From assembly GCF_009914755.1 (NCBI RefSeq), contig NC_060944.1: a DNA stretch of 64,000 nucleotides. One strand, 5' to 3'. Positions 60,116 through 64,000 of the stretch are shown here, one piece after another. The first letter of the stretch is position 1. Each line of letters starts with the position of its first letter. Both the position numbers and the translations under genes were made by a program. A model generated the notes under the pieces. It was not told the origin of the DNA. It did not search any database and was given only the letters and a program-made list of their open reading frames with translations. This DNA is from the human T2T-CHM13v2.0 reference genome, Homo sapiens.

Positions 60116-60965
60116 TGGTTTCCGTTGGACTTTATTTTGCAGCTATTATGCTTGTCTCCCTAATACGCCTCTACTTTTACTATCCTTCTTCAAATGTGTT
60201 ACTCGCAGTATTCTAAGACCTCAGAATTACATAGTGGAGTTTGTTAAAGGTATCATTATAGCATCAGAAAGTGGAGACATCAGGGGCTTTTTTCTTCCTA
60301 CTTCTAATTCAGGGTAGTGTTGTGAATGGTTGCAGTTGTGAGAGGATTAAAGATTCATTAAGTGAGCTGTTTAGTGAACTATTTTCTAGTTTTTATTAGT
60401 TTTGATTCTGAATGATGATCGCTTTATTAATGCTTCATCAACACACTGGGATTTACAGCTTTCAAAGGTTACTTTTATATGCAAGATTGGATTTGGTCTA
60501 GACTGTCTGAGTTTACTAATGTTTACCATCTTGAGAACTGATAAAGTGAAGACATTCACCAAACACTTAGAAAATTTTAAAGACATACCTTTTAACTGGC
60601 TATGACATAGCAAAGAAATATTCTCTTTCTTTTACAACTCTGCTATTTAGATTCTATCCGTTTATACTTCTCATCTTAGTTGCATACAAAAATTCACATG
60701 TGTACACACTCCCCCCGTACACATACAGAGAACAATAACTTTTATTATTTCATTCATTCCCTTGGGGATCAAATATGTGTCCAATGAGAAGATCCAGGAT
60801 GTCATACTACCATATACCAAGGAGACCTTTGTTGGGGAAACAAGTTGAGAAATGATGATCCGTTAATGATGTCCACAGCGGGGGCTGCAAGACATCTTAC
60901 TGACAAGAGAGGAAGAAAATACTGGAAGTAGTACTTATATTTATATCATAAATTAAAAGTCAGAG

Positions 60966-61284
<319 letters not shown>

Positions 61285-61329
61285 TCAATATCCAGAGCTT
61301 ACAATTTAGATATTTAGATGAGGTATCTT

Positions 61330-62030
61330 AAATGAAGACTATTTGACAATCCAGTGGAGTTCACAGAAGTTCCTTCTTTAAATATTAACTTTCCAATTAT
61401 TGAAATATTTTATGATTGTGGCATATTTTAACATATTTCAACAAGATGATATAATGTTAATTTTATACAAGTAAGACTTTAAAAATTATGGATCATTAGA
61501 ATACTTTTTAATGAGATGAGGAATGACTGGGAAAATATTTTGAATTACATTGAGGCCCACAGTTTTTCTGGTGACAAAGTTCTTGAAAATGTTATTTAAG
61601 ATGAGTTATATAGATTTACACAAAAGCCAGGCTTCTGATTTGGTTGATGTTTTCTGTGGCCATCTGTGGCAGTCAGAAAGCAGTTATTTTGGCATGAGGT
61701 TCAGAGAGCTTCTAGGTTGGTGAGCACATGGAGGTGCTGTGAGTGTGGTGTACTCTGAGAGGGCATGAAAGCCCCTTCCCCTTTACTTTGGCCTATGGAT
61801 CCCATCCATTTGGCTGTTCCTGAGTTGTATCCTTTACAAGATACTACTAAATATAAAAGAAGGGAAAAAAAAGGCAAGCAGTTATGTTGAAAAACCTGAA
61901 ATATACTGAATTAGTCTCAAACACAATAAAGTCAATGTTTTAGTAATGAGTGAAAAATTAAGTGCTTTTCAAAAGGAGCCCATGGAGAAAGCATTCTGAA
62001 ATGGCTATTTGGCAAGGCTGTCATCATTTT
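61330..62030 (+). mobile_element. Charlie-type hAT transposase-region relic
   Basis: GTGACAAAGTTCTTGAAA, AATGAGTGAAAAATTAAGTGCTTTTC, ATGGAGAAAGCATTCTGAAATGG resemble Charlie internal sequence; approximate. Confidence 0.55.
61692..61872 (+). mobile_element. MER21-like LTR fragment with A-rich tail
   Basis: TTCAGAGAGCTTCTAGGTTGGTGAGCACATGGAGGTGCTG...GAGAGGGCATGAAAGC...TCCATTTGGCTGTTCCTGAGTTGTATCCTTTA. Confidence 0.85.
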
Positions 62031-62564
62031 GTTTTACTGTATGTTCTTTTCTTAAGGATCTTTGAATTGTAGACTAGTTTACATACTTTATAAATAATCT
62101 AGGTTAATATTGGCAACACATGTAACAGATATTATACTTTTATAATTATTCAGAAAATTATATATACCTTTAATCCCTCCCCAATACTCACTTTAATAAA
62201 TATTAATTTATTACCAAAAGAAGGTGTGAGATCTAAGAACTCTGAGTCTTGTAGCAGGTAAGACATTTGTAAGGGCTACTTCTTAATAAAATTTTCCATT
62301 TCCTTTAGATGTTTCTAAAATTAGAAGTTTTAAAATATATTCGTTTGATGTGATTACTTAGGGGCTCAAGCAGAGAATTTAGATTGATTGGGCTTGCAAT
62401 AAAAAGGGACTTTAAAAAATGACATCATCAGAAAGAAGGCAAATAATCAGCTCTTTCTGGATCAGGAAGGGGAATTCTGACAAATATTTATACTTATGAG
62501 ACATATACATGGGTGCAAGAGAAGTGACATCGGAAGAAAAAGTACACATTTTTGTATTTAAAAA

Positions 62565-62665
62565 TCTATCAATATTATATATGAACATCTGAAAGATATT
62601 TATATATAAATATACATGTAAATATTATGGCATATAAACAGATTTATATATGTGTGTATGTATGT
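62565..62665. repeat. AT-rich (TA)n-like low-complexity tract
   Basis: Read directly. Confidence 0.7.
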
Positions 62666-62877
62666 AGGGTAGGTATCTACCTATGGAATATACTTTTTCT
62701 TCAGAAGTCAGTTCTTTTGCTTTAAAACTTTCTCCTTTAGGAAAAAAATTAACACTGAATTTTACCAGTTCTAATTTTTTTTTACTTTAGGTTTTTGTTT
62801 ATCTAAATGTTATAAATAATGAGCACAAAATAATTTTATGATTATTATTTCATGGATCTGTTTCTGATAGATTTGTT

Positions 62878-64000
62878 AAATTATACTTTAAGTTCTGGGA
62901 TACATGTGCAGAACATGCAGGTTTGTTACATAGGTATCCACATGCCATGGTGGTCTGCTGCACCCATCAACCCGTCATCTACATTAGGTATTTCTCCTAA
63001 TGCTATCCCTCCCCTAGTCTCTCACCCCCTGACAGGCCCTGGTGTTTGATGTTCCCTTCTCTGTGTCTATGTATTTTCATTGTTCAACTCCCACTTATGA
63101 GTGAGAACATGTGGTGTTTGGTTTTCTGTTCCTGTGTTAGTTTGCTGAGAATGATGGTTTCCAGCTCCATCCATGTACCTGCAAAGGACATGAACTCATC
63201 CTTTTTTATGGCTGCACAGTGTTCCATGGTGTATATGTGCCACATTTTCTTTATCCAGTCTATCATTGATGGGCATTTGTGTTGGTTCCAAGTCTTTGCT
63301 ATTGTGAATAGTGCTGCAATAAACATACGTGTGCATGTGTCTTTATAGTAGAATGATTTATAATCCTTTGGGTATACACCCAGTAATGGGATTGCTGGGT
63401 CAAATGGTATTTCTGGTTCTAGATCCTTGAGGAATCGCCACACTGTCTTCCACAATGGTTGAACTAATTTACACTCCCACCAACAGTGTAAAAACCTTCC
63501 TATTTCTCCACATCCTCTCCAGCATCTGTTCTTTCCTGACTTTTTAATGATCGCCATTCTAACTGGTGTGAGATGGTAACCCACTGTGATTTTGATTTGC
63601 ATTTCTCTAATGAGCAGTGATGATGAGCTTTTTTTCATATGTTTGTTGGCCGCATAAATGTCTTCTTTTGAGAAGTGTCAGTATGATATTGGCTGTGGGT
63701 TTGTCATAAATAACTTATTATTTTGAGATACATTCCATCAATACCAATTTATTGTGAGTTTTTAGCATGAAGGGGTGTTGAATTTTATTGAAGGCCTTTT
63801 CTGCATCTGTTGAGATAATCATGTGGTTTTTGTCATTGGTTCTGCTTATGTAATGGATTACGTTTATTGATTTTCATATGTTGAACCAGCCTTGCATCCC
63901 AGGGATGAAGCCGACTTGATCATGGTGGATAAGCTTTTTGATGTGTTGCTAATTCAGTTTGCCAGTATTTTATTGATGATTTTTGCATTGATGTTCATCA
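62878..64000 (-). mobile_element. L1PA (about PA7) 3' portion with internal deletion; runs off the window
   Basis: TTATACTTTAAGTTCTGGGATACATGTGCAGAAC 3'UTR; ORF2 C-terminus; RT-region sequence after 63680. Confidence 0.97.
63084..63638 (-). pseudogene. L1 ORF2p C-terminal 184-aa remnant including the Cys-rich CCHC motif; not an independent gene
   Basis: Translation ...[50 protein letters not shown]...MFSLISGS matches the L1 ORF2p C-terminus. Confidence 0.95.

Noticed and set aside
63084-63638. Longest ORF (184 aa) as a functional gene
   Set aside because: It is the C-terminus of L1 ORF2p in a deleted L1 copy.

Overview
Primate (most likely human) AT-rich non-coding genomic DNA, probably deep intronic. 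It is dominated by interspersed repeats: 20 Alu copies or fragments (J, S and Y types, many with readable target-site duplications, TSDs), old L1M and L1PA pieces that are nearly all on the minus strand, L2, MIR, ERVL/MaLR solo LTRs (MLT1-, LTR16-, LTR33- and MER21-like), hAT DNA-transposon relics (MER5A, MER30, MER91, Charlie-like) and microsatellites. I see no CpG island, rRNA, tRNA, CRISPR array or recognisable host gene. Almost all ORFs in the track are Alu, L1, L2 or chance frames; the only clear protein homology is L1 ORF2p (C-terminal 184 aa at 63084-63638, minus strand). I found no evidence for a new biological system. The best second-look items are structural: a near-perfect 43-bp-arm foldback in an old L1 (23302-23427), an LTR fragment that looks L1-retrocopied with an A-rich tail and TSD (61678-61889), two AluSp copies sharing a 63-bp identical tract with non-consensus bases, a Y/S mosaic Alu, a TSD-less truncated AluY, an internally deleted L1PA and a few weak exon-like or motif candidates. 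Repeat family names come from recalled consensus sequences, and boundaries of old elements are approximate.
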